Source: Terriglobia bacterium
GTDB taxonomy: Bacteria; Acidobacteriota; Vicinamibacteria; Vicinamibacterales; CAVVIG01
NCBI GenBank assembly: GCA_020073005.1
Contig: JAIQFX010000044.1
Span: forward strand, 20,878-84,877
Direction: 5' to 3'
Length of the DNA stretch: 64,000 nt
Position 1 is the stretch's first letter, and each line of letters starts with the position of its first letter. Below are positions 10,271 to 20,565 of this stretch, in pieces. The notes under the pieces were generated by a model. It was given only the letters and a program-made list of their open reading frames with translations. It did no database searches and was not told the origin of the DNA. A program made the translations under genes and the position numbers.

Positions 10271-11017
10271 ATGAAACGCGCGTTGGACGTCGTGGTGTCG
10301 GCAGGCGCGCTACTCCTCCTCTCGCCGCTCCTCGTGATTGTGGGCGTCGCCGTTTGGCTGCAAGACTTCCGCTCGCCGTTCTATGTTGCCCCACGCGTCG
10401 CCCGTGGTGGCAGAACGTTCGCGATGGTCAAATTTCGCTCGATGACCTCCGGCGCTGACCGATCTCACGTGGACTCCACCGCCGCCAATGACAGTCGGAT
10501 CACTGCGCTTGGCCGAATCCTGAGGGCCTACAAACTTGACGAGTTGATGCAGTTGTGGAACGTGCTGAAGGGCGAGATGAGCCTGGTGGGCCCGAGGCCG
10601 CAGGTCCGGCGCGACGTGGAGTTGTACACCGCTGTGGAATTTGATCTGCTCACGGTTCAGCCGGGAATAACGGATCTCTCATCGATCGTCTTTTCGGATG
10701 AGGGAGAGATCCTCAGGGGTACCATCGATCCAGATCTCGCCTACAACCAGCTCATCCGGCCGTGGAAGAGCCGATTAGGTCTGCTCTATGTGCGGTCTCG
10801 ATCGCTAAGGCTCGATTTCGAACTGATCGGCCTGACCATCGTTGCTTTGTTCTCACGCAGGCGGGCCCTTCTTGGCGTTCAACGCATTCTCGAGCGCCTC
10901 GGCGCAGACGAGGCAACGCGCCAAGCCGCGCGGCGGAACGCGACGCTCGCGCCCCATCCGCCGCCGGGCGCCGCGGATGTCGTCGCATCCCGGTCATTCG
11001 TTACGAACCGTCCTTGA
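10271..11017 (+). CDS. Priming sugar-phosphate transferase (WcaJ/PglC family)
   Basis: KRALD, KFRSM, KLDEL, NVLKGEMSLVGPRP, PGIT. Confidence 0.92.
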   Translation: MKRALDVVVSAGALLLLSPLLVIVGVAVWLQDFRSPFYVAPRVARGGRTFAMVKFRSMTSGADRSHVDSTAANDSRITALGRILRAYKLDELMQLWNVLKGEMSLVGPRPQVRRDVELYTAVEFDLLTVQPGITDLSSIVFSDEGEILRGTIDPDLAYNQLIRPWKSRLGLLYVRSRSLRLDFELIGLTIVALFSRRRALLGVQRILERLGADEATRQAARRNATLAPHPPPGAADVVASRSFVTNRP

Positions 11018-11022
11018 GTTCA

Positions 11023-12891
11023 ATGCGAACCGCTTTTTTCAGCCTTGTGGATCGCTACAGGCGTGTCCTCGTTGTCGGTCTCCACATTGCGCTCATCGTC
11101 CTGTCTAATTACTTTGCATTCTGGCTTCGATTTGACGGGCAGATTCCGAACACGGAATTCGGACTCCTTCTCGACATGCTTCCCTGGCTCATCGCCATAC
11201 GCGCGATCAGCTTTCTCCCCTTCAGGCTGTACGAAGGACTCTGGCGATACGCCAGCATATGGGACCTGCGAAATATCGTCGCAGGAGTTGCAACCAGCTC
11301 CGCGGTCTTCTTCGTGTTTGCGCATTCGATTCTCGGACTCACGCGGTATCCGAGATCCGTTTTTCTGATCGATGCGCTCCTTCTCGTGTGCTTCATGGGA
11401 GGCGCGCGCCTCGGCCGGCGCATCTACCGGGAGCTGGCGCATGTCGATCGCGACAAGCGGGTGCTGATCTATGGCGCCGGCGATGCGGGCGAGATGATCG
11501 TCCGCGACATGAAGAACAACGCGTACTACGACTACGAGCCGATCGGTTTCGTGGACGATGATCCAAGGAAGACGGGCGCCCGGATCCACGGCGTGGCGGT
11601 GCTCGGCACTCGCATGGCGTTGCCATCGATCATCGAGGCACATCGGCCGCACGAAGTGCTGGTCGCGATGCCGTCCGCCGGCGCGGCCACCATTCGAGAG
11701 GTCGTCCGTGCGCTCGAGCCTTACAAGGTTGCGATCAAGACGCTGCCGGGCCTTCCCGATGTGATGGACGGCCGTCTGCTCGTCAGCCAGATCCGCAACT
11801 TGAAGATCGAAGATCTGCTGGCGCGCGCGCCGGTCGGTCTGGACACCGCGCCGCTCTCACGCCTCATCAAGGGCAAGCGCGTGCTGGTGACGGGCGCCGG
11901 CGGCTCCATTGGCTCGGAGCTGTGTCGTCAGATCGCACAGCTCGAACCTGAGACGCTGACCCTATACGAGCGATATGAGAACGGTCTGTTCGCTGTCGCG
12001 AACGATCTGGCGACTCGCAATTTGCGTTGCACCGTGCAGTCTCTGGTAGGCGACATCACAGACAGGAATCGGCTCGATACCGTGATGGACGCCTGCCGGC
12101 CAGCCATCATCTTTCATGCCGCCGCGCACAAGCACGTGCCGCTGATGGAGGGGAATCCCTGCGAGGCCGTGAAGAACAATGTCATCGGCACTCGCACCGT
12201 GATGGAGGTTGCCGCCAGCCATGGCGTGGAGCGATTCATCCTGATCTCGAGCGACAAGGCCGTGAATCCCTCGAGCGTGATGGGCACCACTAAACGAGTG
12301 GCCGAATTACTTGTCCAGGCGATGAACCGGCAAGGCCGAACGGCATTTCTCGCTGTCAGATTCGGAAACGTCCTGGCCAGCAACGGAAGCGTCGTGCTGA
12401 CGTTCATGGAACAGATCAAAGCCGGCGGCCCGGTGACGGTCACCCATCCCGACATGCGCCGCTACTTCATGTTGATCTCGGAGGCGGTGCAATTGGTGCT
12501 CAACGCCGCCGCGCTTGCCGAGGCGGGCGCGGTGTACGTCCTCGAAATGGGCGATCAGGTGAAGCTCGTGGACATGGCGCGCAATCTGATCCGCTTGTCG
12601 GGTTTCGTTCCAGACGAGGAGATTCCGATCGTCTTCACCGGCCTTCGCCCGGGCGAGAAGCTCTTCGAGGAGATTGCCGGGGACGACGAGCGCGCAGAAC
12701 CATCTGGCCTCGAGAAGGTCCTTCGCGTGCGGCCGCTCGCCTCCCGAAGCTTCGATGCCATCACGGTACAGATCGACAAGCTCGAACGCCTCGCGACCGA
12801 CGGGGACGTCCCCGGCACGCTCCGGCAGCTCGGCCAGATCGTCCCCGCGTTCCAGCGAGTTGCTGCACCTGCAACGTCCGTCGCGCCGTGA
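11023..12891 (+). CDS. UDP-GlcNAc 4,6-dehydratase, CapD/PglF family
   Basis: N-terminal TM helices, GAGDAG, TGAGGSIGSE, HAAAHKHVP, SSDKAVNP, RFGNVLASNGSV, GLRPGEKL. Confidence 0.93.
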   Translation: MRTAFFSLVDRYRRVLVVGLHIALIVLSNYFAFWLRFDGQIPNTEFGLLLDMLPWLIAIRAISFLPFRLYEGLWRYASIWDLRNIVAGVATSSAVFFVFAHSILGLTRYPRSVFLIDALLLVCFMGGARLGRRIYRELAHVDRDKRVLIYGAGDAGEMIVRDMKNNAYYDYEPIGFVDDDPRKTGARIHGVAVLGTRMALPSIIEAHRPHEVLVAMPSAGAATIREVVRALEPYKVAIKTLPGLPDVMDGRLLVSQIRNLKIEDLLARAPVGLDTAPLSRLIKGKRVLVTGAGGSIGSELCRQIAQLEPETLTLYERYENGLFAVANDLATRNLRCTVQSLVGDITDRNRLDTVMDACRPAIIFHAAAHKHVPLMEGNPCEAVKNNVIGTRTVMEVAASHGVERFILISSDKAVNPSSVMGTTKRVAELLVQAMNRQGRTAFLAVRFGNVLASNGSVVLTFMEQIKAGGPVTVTHPDMRRYFMLISEAVQLVLNAAALAEAGAVYVLEMGDQVKLVDMARNLIRLSGFVPDEEIPIVFTGLRPGEKLFEEIAGDDERAEPSGLEKVLRVRPLASRSFDAITVQIDKLERLATDGDVPGTLRQLGQIVPAFQRVAAPATSVAP

Positions 12892-13847
12892 ACACGTACT
12901 TCGTTACTGGTGCGGGCGGCTTCATTGGCAGCAACCTGGTGGACAGCCTCATTGCCGGCCGCCACCAGGTCGTCGGCTACGACAACTTCTCGACCGGCCA
13001 GCAGCTGTTTCTCGGTCTTGCATCGCCCTCGCCGTCATTCCGACTTGTTCGGGGCGACGTTCTCGACCTGCCACTGATGACGGAGGCGATGAAGGGCTGC
13101 GATTTCGTCTTCCATCTGGCGGCAAACGCCGACGTTCGTTTCGGAACCGAACATCCGCGAAAAGATCTCGAGCAGAACACGGTCGCCACCTTCAATGTAC
13201 TCGAAGGGATGCGCGCCAACGGCATTCGGCGGATCGCGTTCTCTTCGACCGGCTCCATCTACGGTGAGCCGGACATCCATCCGACGCCTGAGACAGCGCC
13301 CTTTCCGGTACAGACCTCGCTCTACGGCGCGTCGAAGCTCGCCTGCGAGGGACTGATCCAAGCGTACTGTGAAGGCTTCGGATTCCAAGGCTACATCTTC
13401 CGCTTCGTGTCGATTCTAGGCGAGCGGTACTCGCACGGCCACGTTTTCGATTTCTATCGAAGCCTGCGTGCAAATCCGAACGAGCTGCGTGTGCTCGGCG
13501 ACGGCCGACAGCGCAAGTCGTACCTCTACGTTCAGGACTGCATCGACGCCATGCGCATCGCCATCGAGAAGGCGCAAGACAGGGTGAACGTTTTTAACCT
13601 TGGCACAGATGAGTACTGTCAGGTGACGGACTCAATCGGTTGGATCACCAGTCACCTTGGGATCGACCCGGTGAGGCGCTACACCGGAGGCGAGCGCGGA
13701 TGGATCGGCGACAGCCCGTTCATCTTCCTCGACACCACGAAGATCCGATCGCTCGGCTGGAAGCCGAAGCTGTCGATTCGCGATGGCATCATCAGGACGC
13801 TGGACTACCTCAAAGAAAACTCCTGGCTGTTCGACGAGCGTTCATGA
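12888..13847 (+). CDS. NAD-dependent epimerase/dehydratase
   Basis: TGAGGFIG, HLAANADVR, YGASK. Confidence 0.9.
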   Translation: MNTYFVTGAGGFIGSNLVDSLIAGRHQVVGYDNFSTGQQLFLGLASPSPSFRLVRGDVLDLPLMTEAMKGCDFVFHLAANADVRFGTEHPRKDLEQNTVATFNVLEGMRANGIRRIAFSSTGSIYGEPDIHPTPETAPFPVQTSLYGASKLACEGLIQAYCEGFGFQGYIFRFVSILGERYSHGHVFDFYRSLRANPNELRVLGDGRQRKSYLYVQDCIDAMRIAIEKAQDRVNVFNLGTDEYCQVTDSIGWITSHLGIDPVRRYTGGERGWIGDSPFIFLDTTKIRSLGWKPKLSIRDGIIRTLDYLKENSWLFDERS

Positions 13848-15145
13848 AGGTGTGCGTGCTCGGGCTCTGGCACTTAGGCACGGTAACCGCCGCCTGCCTG
13901 GCGTCGGCCGGCCACGATGTGACTGGCATCGACTTCGACCCGGCTGTCGTCGCAGGCCTCGCCGGCGGCACGCCGCCGGTGTTTGAGCCTGGACTTGAAG
14001 ATCTGGTCAAGACTGGTCTCGCCAGCTTTCGCTTGCGCTTCACGACCGATGTCGCCGCTGTAGCGGGCGCCGACGCGGTCTGGATTGCGTGGGACACTCC
14101 GATAGACGACGAGGACCGGGCGGACGTGGAGTACGTGATCGAACGGACCGCCAGACTGTTTCCGCATCTTCGCAACGGTGCGTTCGTTCTCGTATCGTCA
14201 CAGGTGCCCGTCGGAACGACGCGGCGCCTCGAGCAGGCATTTGCGAGCGAGTCGCAAGGCCGCGTCGTTGGGTTCGCCTACTCTCCGGAGAATCTGCGGC
14301 TCGGCAGGTCGATCGCAGTGTTCACGCAGCCCGACCGCGTCGTCGTTGGCGTGCGTACGTCCGCTGACCGGGAGAACGTGACGATGCTGCTGCGGCCGTT
14401 CGCCGAACGGATCGAGTGGATGTCGGTCGAATCGGCCGAGATGACCAAGCATGCGCTCAACGCGTTCCTCGCCACTTCGATCACCTTCATCAACGAGATT
14501 GCGGCAGTGTGCGAACAGGTCGGCGCCGACGCGAGCGAAGTGGAGCGCGGGCTCAAGTCCGAGTCTCGGATCGGGCCGAAGGCCTATCTCTCGCCAGGAA
14601 GTGCGTTCGCCGGCGGCACGCTCGCGCGTGACGTCGTGTTTTTCTCGCAGCTCGGTCAGGCACACGGTGTGGCCACGCATCTCCTGTCGTCCGTCAAGGC
14701 GAGCAATGACGCGCACAGAACGTGGGCCGCACAGCGGCTCGACCAGTCGCTCAAGGGCGTGTCTGGGAAGGCGGTTGCTGTCTGGGGTCTTACCTACAAA
14801 CCGGGTACCGACACGCTGAGGCGATCGAGCTCCATTGAGCTGTGTCAGTGGCTCATCGCTCGGGGCGCGACCGTTCGCGCACACGACCCAGCAGTGCGAG
14901 CCCTTCCGGCAGGTTTCGTCGACCACTTCAGTCTTGCCGAGAACGCCCTCTCTGCGGTGCAGGGGGCGTCGGCGCTGGTTGTCGCCACGCCATGGCCTGA
15001 GTATGGAGAGATCGCCGCCGAAGACGTGACCGCGCGGATGATTCGACCGTTGGTGATTGACGCGAATCGCTCGACCGGCAAGACCCTCGGTGCGTGCGCC
15101 GACATCGAATACGTGAGCGTGGGGAAGGCCGGCACAAGAAGATGA
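13844..15145 (+). CDS. UDP-glucose/GDP-mannose dehydrogenase family protein lacking the catalytic Cys
   Basis: GLWHLG, PVFEPGL, YSPENLR, SAEMTKHALN, GLTYKPGTD; FAGGTLARD replaces FGGSCxPKD. Confidence 0.85.
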   Translation: MKVCVLGLWHLGTVTAACLASAGHDVTGIDFDPAVVAGLAGGTPPVFEPGLEDLVKTGLASFRLRFTTDVAAVAGADAVWIAWDTPIDDEDRADVEYVIERTARLFPHLRNGAFVLVSSQVPVGTTRRLEQAFASESQGRVVGFAYSPENLRLGRSIAVFTQPDRVVVGVRTSADRENVTMLLRPFAERIEWMSVESAEMTKHALNAFLATSITFINEIAAVCEQVGADASEVERGLKSESRIGPKAYLSPGSAFAGGTLARDVVFFSQLGQAHGVATHLLSSVKASNDAHRTWAAQRLDQSLKGVSGKAVAVWGLTYKPGTDTLRRSSSIELCQWLIARGATVRAHDPAVRALPAGFVDHFSLAENALSAVQGASALVVATPWPEYGEIAAEDVTARMIRPLVIDANRSTGKTLGACADIEYVSVGKAGTRR

Positions 15146-16014
15146 CGAGACCGCTCGAAGGACGCACCGCGCTCATTACCGGAGCCAATCAAGGGCTGGG
15201 CCTCGCTATCGCTCGCGCCTACGTCGAAGCTGGCGCCAGTGTGTTCATGTGCGCCCGTGGCGTCGCACTGCTGGAAGAAGCCCGCACGGAGGTTGCCGCC
15301 GTCGCGAGGCACGACCAGGTGGTCCTGGCTCGCACCGCAGACGTCTCCCGGCAGAAAGACGTCGACGAGTTGGCGCATGCGGTACTCGAAGCGTTTCCGC
15401 AACTGCACGTGCTCGTCAACAATGCTGGTGTGTACGGCCCAATGGGCCCCATCGAGGATGTGGACTGGGACGCCTGGGTGCGCGCGATCGAGATCAACCT
15501 GTTCGGATCGATCCTGATGTGTCGTGCGCTGCTGCCGCATTTCAAGGCGCAACGCTACGGCAAGATCGTTCAACTGTCAGGCGGCGGCGCAACCAACCCG
15601 CTGCCCCGTATCAGCGCGTACGCCGCCTCGAAAGCGGCCATCGTCCGCTTCGCGGAGACGCTCGCCGAAGAAGTGCGCGATGAGCGCATCGACGTCAATT
15701 CGATTGCGCCCGGCGCGCTGAACACGCGGCTGCTCGATGAGGTGCTGGCGGCTGGGCCCCGGGCAGTCGGCAAGGAGTTCCACGAGCGCATGGTGAAGAC
15801 GAAGGCGCAAGGCGGCACTCCGCTGGAGAAGGGCGCCGCTCTCGCGGTGTTTCTCGGATCAGCCGCGAGCGACGGGGTCACCGGTAAGTTGCTGAGCGCG
15901 GTGTGGGATCCGTGGGAGACACTACCGCAGCATCGCGATGACCTCCAGCAGACCGATGTCTACACGCTCCGACGCATCACGCCAGCGGACCGCGGTCTGT
16001 CATGGGGCAAATGA
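15142..16014 (+). CDS. SDR-family oxidoreductase
   Basis: TGANQGLG, NNAG, YAASK; paralog of the gene at 2-622. Confidence 0.9.
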   Translation: MTRPLEGRTALITGANQGLGLAIARAYVEAGASVFMCARGVALLEEARTEVAAVARHDQVVLARTADVSRQKDVDELAHAVLEAFPQLHVLVNNAGVYGPMGPIEDVDWDAWVRAIEINLFGSILMCRALLPHFKAQRYGKIVQLSGGGATNPLPRISAYAASKAAIVRFAETLAEEVRDERIDVNSIAPGALNTRLLDEVLAAGPRAVGKEFHERMVKTKAQGGTPLEKGAALAVFLGSAASDGVTGKLLSAVWDPWETLPQHRDDLQQTDVYTLRRITPADRGLSWGK

Positions 16015-17015
16015 CGGGCAGCGCGGGGCTTTCGGCTGAGCGTGCTGGCGTTGCCATCGTTGGCTGCGGCGCGATCGGTCAGAAGCGCGCGCGGGCCCTG
16101 GCCGGCTCACGGCTCGTCGCATGCGCTGACATCGACCGCGGCCTGGCCGATTCGTTGGCGCGCACCGCGCCTGGAGTGGTCGCAACAGACGACTGGCGAG
16201 CCGCAGTCGATCGCGGTGACGTCGATGTCGTCGTCGTGTCGACGACGAACGACCGGCTGAAGGAGATCGCATGCGGTGCGATTGCGGCCGGCAAACACGT
16301 GCTCGTCGAGAAACCAGCAGGCCGGTCGGTGGCGGAGATCGACGCGTTGATTCAAACGGCGACCCGGTACCGCCGGTTGGTCCGGGTCGGCTTCAATCAT
16401 CGATACCATCCTGCGCTCCTGAAGGCGCGTGAACTCTTCGACTCAGGCGCGCTCGGCGAGATGATGTTCGTCCGTGGCCGTTACGGACACGGCGGCCGCC
16501 TCGGGTACGAGAAGGAATGGCGTGCCAATCCCGCGCTGTCAGGCGGCGGTGAGTTGATCGACCAGGGCGTGCACCTGATCGACCTGTCGCGCTGGTTTCT
16601 CGGCGACTTCACGGTGGTGGACGGATTTGCCCACACCTACTTCTGGCAGATGCCGGTGGACGACAATGCGTTCTTGCTTCTCCGGACTGCGCAAGATCAG
16701 GCGGCGTTCCTCCACGTCAGCTGCACCGAATGGAAGAACCTGTTCTCTTTCGAGATCTATGGAAAGGACGCAAAGCTTCACGTGGAGGGGCTCGGCGGCA
16801 GTTACGGCGTCGAACGACTGACGCTCTACAAGATGCTGCCGGAGATGGGACCGCCGGAGACGACCATCTGGGAATACCCACGCGGGGATCAATCGTGGGA
16901 GCTCGAGTTTGCAGAATTCCTCGATGACATCCGCCTAGACCGCACGCCATCGGCCAGTCTCACCGACGCACGGGCGACGTTGACCATCGTCGAGGAAGTG
17001 TATCGCCACCGATGA
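16011..17015 (+). CDS. Gfo/Idh/MocA family oxidoreductase
   Basis: GCGAIG, HVLVEKP, GFNHRY, GGGELIDQGVHLID. Confidence 0.9.
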   Translation: MTGSAGLSAERAGVAIVGCGAIGQKRARALAGSRLVACADIDRGLADSLARTAPGVVATDDWRAAVDRGDVDVVVVSTTNDRLKEIACGAIAAGKHVLVEKPAGRSVAEIDALIQTATRYRRLVRVGFNHRYHPALLKARELFDSGALGEMMFVRGRYGHGGRLGYEKEWRANPALSGGGELIDQGVHLIDLSRWFLGDFTVVDGFAHTYFWQMPVDDNAFLLLRTAQDQAAFLHVSCTEWKNLFSFEIYGKDAKLHVEGLGGSYGVERLTLYKMLPEMGPPETTIWEYPRGDQSWELEFAEFLDDIRLDRTPSASLTDARATLTIVEEVYRHR

Positions 17016-17992
17016 TCATCACGCGCAGCCCTCTGCGAATCACATTGGGCGGTGGAGGAACCGACCTTCCGTCGTACTACCGGCAGCACGGCGGATTCCT
17101 GATTGCCGCGGCCATCGACAAGTATGTCTACGTCACGGTCATGCGGCCGTTCTCGGAAGGGATCTACCTCAAGTACTCGAAGCTCGAACACGTAGAGAAG
17201 ACAGACGAGATCCAGCACCCGATCATTCGTGAAGCGATTCAGATGCTCGGGTTCAACACACCACAAGTTGAGATTACGACGCTGGCTGACATTCCGGCCG
17301 GAACCGGCCTCGGCTCGTCGGGGAGCTTCTCGACCGCGCTGCTGAAGGCGTTGTACGCGCACCGGCGCCGGCTGCTGCATCCGAGCGAGCTGGCGGAGCT
17401 GGCGTGCGAGATCGAGATCAACCGTCTCGGCGAGCCGATCGGCAAGCAGGATCAGTACGCCGCGGCCTACGGCGGAGTTACCTGCTTCACCTTCAATCCG
17501 GACGGACGTGTCGATGCGCGTCCGCTGAAGGTGAGCATCGATGGCCTTTTCGAGCTCGAAGACAACTTGCTCCTCTTCTTCACTGGATTCTCACGCAATG
17601 CGGGCTCGATTCTTGCCGACCAGAAGCAGCGCACAGAGCGGTCTGACGCGGCGATGCTCGAGAACCTCCACTACGTGAAGGAGCTCGGCCTACGGAGTCT
17701 GAACGCACTCGAAAGTGAGAAGGTTGCGTTGTTTGGGGAGTTGATGCACGAGCATTGGGAGCACAAGAAGCGCCGGTCCGACGGCATGAGCAACCCGAAG
17801 ATCGACGAGTGGTACGAGCTCGGCCGGAAGAATGGCGCCATCGGCGGAAAGCTGGTCGGCGCAGGCGGCGGCGGGTTTCTTCTCTTCTATTCCGAGGATC
17901 ACAAACGTCTGAGGGCGGCGATGGCCAAGGCGGGGCTCGAAGAAGTGCGTTTCCGCTTCGACTTCGAAGGCACGAAGGTGCTGTTCGGATGA
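17012..17992 (+). CDS. hddA: D-glycero-alpha-D-manno-heptose 7-phosphate kinase (GHMP kinase)
   Basis: PLRITLGGGGTD, PAGTGLGSS, GKQDQY, GAGGGG. Confidence 0.88.
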   Translation: MIITRSPLRITLGGGGTDLPSYYRQHGGFLIAAAIDKYVYVTVMRPFSEGIYLKYSKLEHVEKTDEIQHPIIREAIQMLGFNTPQVEITTLADIPAGTGLGSSGSFSTALLKALYAHRRRLLHPSELAELACEIEINRLGEPIGKQDQYAAAYGGVTCFTFNPDGRVDARPLKVSIDGLFELEDNLLLFFTGFSRNAGSILADQKQRTERSDAAMLENLHYVKELGLRSLNALESEKVALFGELMHEHWEHKKRRSDGMSNPKIDEWYELGRKNGAIGGKLVGAGGGGFLLFYSEDHKRLRAAMAKAGLEEVRFRFDFEGTKVLFG

Positions 17993-18699
17993 TCCTGCCG
18001 GTAGTCGTTCTGGCCGGCGGCCTGGCCAGGCGCTTGGGGCCTGTGACGGAACGTATTCCAAAGTCGCTCGTGGACGTTGCTGGCGAACCGTTTGCCGTCC
18101 GCCAGATCGAATTGTTGAGCCGCCACGGGCTCACCGACATCACGTTCCTGGTCGGTCACCTTGGCGAGATGATCGCTGACCGCCTGGGCGACGGCAGCCG
18201 ATGGAATGTGCGCGTGAGCCACGTGTTCGACGGCCCACGTCCGCTGGGCACCGGGGGGGCGATTTGCAGAGCGCTGCCCGCGCTGGGCGATTCGTTCTTC
18301 GTGCTCTACGGTGATTCGTACCTGGAGTGCGATTACGATGCGATCGAGCGGGCGTTCCTCGCGAGCGACAAGCGCGGCCTGATGACCGTCTACCGCAACG
18401 AGAATCGGCTGGATCGCAGCAACGTTCTCTATGCCGATGGCCGCATCGCTCGCTACGACAAGCAGCACCGCACGCCGGATATGCGGCACATCGATTATGG
18501 CCTTGGCGCCTTCCGGAAATCTGCGTTCGCCGGCCGCGGCGAGGAGGCCTTCGACCTCGTCACCGTCTACCAGGATCTGCTCGCGAACGACGATCTTGCC
18601 GGGTTCGAAGTGCCGGACCGCTTCTACGAGATCGGCTCACCCGAAGGTCTCGAAGAGACCCGGGCGTATCTTGCTGCGAAGGGAATCGTCGCTCGATGA
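17989..18699 (+). CDS. hddC: Sugar-1-phosphate nucleotidyltransferase, HddC-like
   Basis: LAGGLARRL..PKSL, PLGTGGA, YGDSY; adjacent to hddA and gmhA. Confidence 0.8.
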   Translation: MILPVVVLAGGLARRLGPVTERIPKSLVDVAGEPFAVRQIELLSRHGLTDITFLVGHLGEMIADRLGDGSRWNVRVSHVFDGPRPLGTGGAICRALPALGDSFFVLYGDSYLECDYDAIERAFLASDKRGLMTVYRNENRLDRSNVLYADGRIARYDKQHRTPDMRHIDYGLGAFRKSAFAGRGEEAFDLVTVYQDLLANDDLAGFEVPDRFYEIGSPEGLEETRAYLAAKGIVAR

Positions 18700-19328
18700 G
18701 CTACGCCAGACAACATCTTGACGAAACGGCCCGCGTGATCGCCGGCCTCGACGCGATGGAAATCGAGAAGATGGTCACGTTGCTGGTCGATTTGCGTGCG
18801 CGCGGGGGCCGCCTCTTCTTTCTGGGTGTCGGCGGCAGCGCCGCCAACTGTTCGCATGCGGTGAACGACTTCAGGAAGATCGCTGGAATCGAAGCGTACA
18901 CACCCGTCGACAACGTGTCCGAGTTGACGGCTCGCACGAACGACGAGGGATGGGAGCACGTCTTTGCAGCCTGGTTGAAGGGCAGTCGCCTGCAGGCGAA
19001 GGACATGGTGTTCGTCTTCTCAGTCGGCGGCGGCAGCCTCGAGCGCAACATCAGCCCGAACATTGTGCTCGCCCTCCAGTACGCGCGGCAGGTGGGTTCG
19101 CAGATCGTAGGCGTCGTCGGACGCGACGGCGGTTACACCGCGCAGGTGGCACACGCCTGCGTGATCGTGCCGACGGTCAATCCGGACACCATCACCCCGC
19201 ACACGGAAGCGTTTCAGGCGGTCGTGTGGCACCTCCTCGTCTCGCATCCCGCGCTCAAGGCGGCGCAGACAAAATGGGAATCGACGTCGGCCGTCGTCGC
19301 GCCGTCTTCCTCGACAGAGACGGCGTAA
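18696..19328 (+). CDS. gmhA: Sedoheptulose-7-phosphate isomerase (SIS domain)
   Basis: GVGGSAANCSH, TARTND, GRDGG. Confidence 0.82.
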   Translation: MSYARQHLDETARVIAGLDAMEIEKMVTLLVDLRARGGRLFFLGVGGSAANCSHAVNDFRKIAGIEAYTPVDNVSELTARTNDEGWEHVFAAWLKGSRLQAKDMVFVFSVGGGSLERNISPNIVLALQYARQVGSQIVGVVGRDGGYTAQVAHACVIVPTVNPDTITPHTEAFQAVVWHLLVSHPALKAAQTKWESTSAVVAPSSSTETA

Positions 19329-19834
19329 TCAACCGCGCCGTCGTGCGCGATGGAAAGCCGCATCCGCCAACAGACGCCGATCACGTCGACGTGCTCCCGG
19401 GCGTCGCTGCGGCGTTGGGACGCCTGAAGGCCGCCGGATACCTGCTGATCGTGGTCACCAACCAACCTGACGTGGCGCGCGGCACACAATCCCGCGAAGC
19501 GGTCGAAGCGATTCACGCGCGTCTGGCCTCGGAGTTGCCGATCGACGACTTCCGGGCCTGTTATCACGACGATCGTGATGCCTGTGCGTGTAGAAAGCCG
19601 AAGCCCGGACTCATCATTGATGCGGCACTCGCCCATGGCGTGGACTTGCGGGAGAGCGTCATGGTTGGAGACCGCTGGCGCGACATCGAAGCCGGCCGGC
19701 GGGCCGGCTGCCAGACAGTGTTCGTGAACCACGAGTACGAGGAACGGAAGCCGGAGAAACCGGATGCCGTCGTGGGGGCGCTCGAAGAAGCTGCGACGTG
19801 GATCCTCTCAGATCCTGGGGGCCGGCCTTCATGA
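19274..19834 (+). CDS. gmhB: Heptose-1,7-bisphosphate phosphatase (HAD IIIA)
   Basis: FLDRDGVIN, VTNQP, C-x-H..CACRKPKPG, MVGDRWRD. Confidence 0.9.
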   Translation: MGIDVGRRRAVFLDRDGVINRAVVRDGKPHPPTDADHVDVLPGVAAALGRLKAAGYLLIVVTNQPDVARGTQSREAVEAIHARLASELPIDDFRACYHDDRDACACRKPKPGLIIDAALAHGVDLRESVMVGDRWRDIEAGRRAGCQTVFVNHEYEERKPEKPDAVVGALEEAATWILSDPGGRPS

Positions 19835-20547
19835 AACCGCTCGATCAGTTGTCGGTGAAGATCTTCGCGGACGGAGCGGACCTGCCGGGCATGCTTGAAA
19901 TGTACCGTACGCCGTTTATCAAGGGATTCACCACCAATCCGACGCTGATGAACAAGGCCGGCATTCGTGATTATCGCGCCTTCGCGCGGCAGGTGCTGGA
20001 CGCGATCCCGGACCGGCCGATCTCTTTTGAGGTGTTCTCCGACGACTTCGCTGAGATGGGGCGCCAGGCTCGTGAAATTGCCGGATGGGGCCAGAACGTT
20101 TACGTCAAGATTCCGATCACGAACACGAGGAGAGAACCCGCCTACGATCTGGTACACACACTGAGTCACGCTGGCGTCAAGGTCAACGTCACCGCGCTAA
20201 TGACGCTGGAGCAGGTCCGCGATGTTGGTTGCGCCGTCGCGGGCGGCGCACCATCGTGCGTCTCCATGTTCGCTGGACGCATCGCCGACACCGGGCGCGA
20301 TCCCGTCCCTATGATGGCGACCGCGGTCGAGATGCTGCAGGTGGCACCTGAAGCCGAACTCATCTGGGCCAGTCCGCGCGAGCTGCTCAACATCTTCCAC
20401 GCCGAGTCGGTCGGGTGCCACATCATCACTGTGACGAACGACATCCTGAAGAAGCTCGCAATCGTGGGAAAGGACCTCGCCGACTACTCGCTCGACACAG
20501 TGAAGATGTTCTTCGACGATGCCAGCGAGGCCGGCTTTGATCTCTAG
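19831..20547 (+). CDS. tal: Transaldolase (short TalC/FSA type)
   Basis: GFTTNPTL, VYVKIP Schiff-base Lys, NVTA, SMFAGRIAD. Confidence 0.88.
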   Translation: MKPLDQLSVKIFADGADLPGMLEMYRTPFIKGFTTNPTLMNKAGIRDYRAFARQVLDAIPDRPISFEVFSDDFAEMGRQAREIAGWGQNVYVKIPITNTRREPAYDLVHTLSHAGVKVNVTALMTLEQVRDVGCAVAGGAPSCVSMFAGRIADTGRDPVPMMATAVEMLQVAPEAELIWASPRELLNIFHAESVGCHIITVTNDILKKLAIVGKDLADYSLDTVKMFFDDASEAGFDL

Positions 20548-20565
20548 GAACCGAAGACTCCTCAG

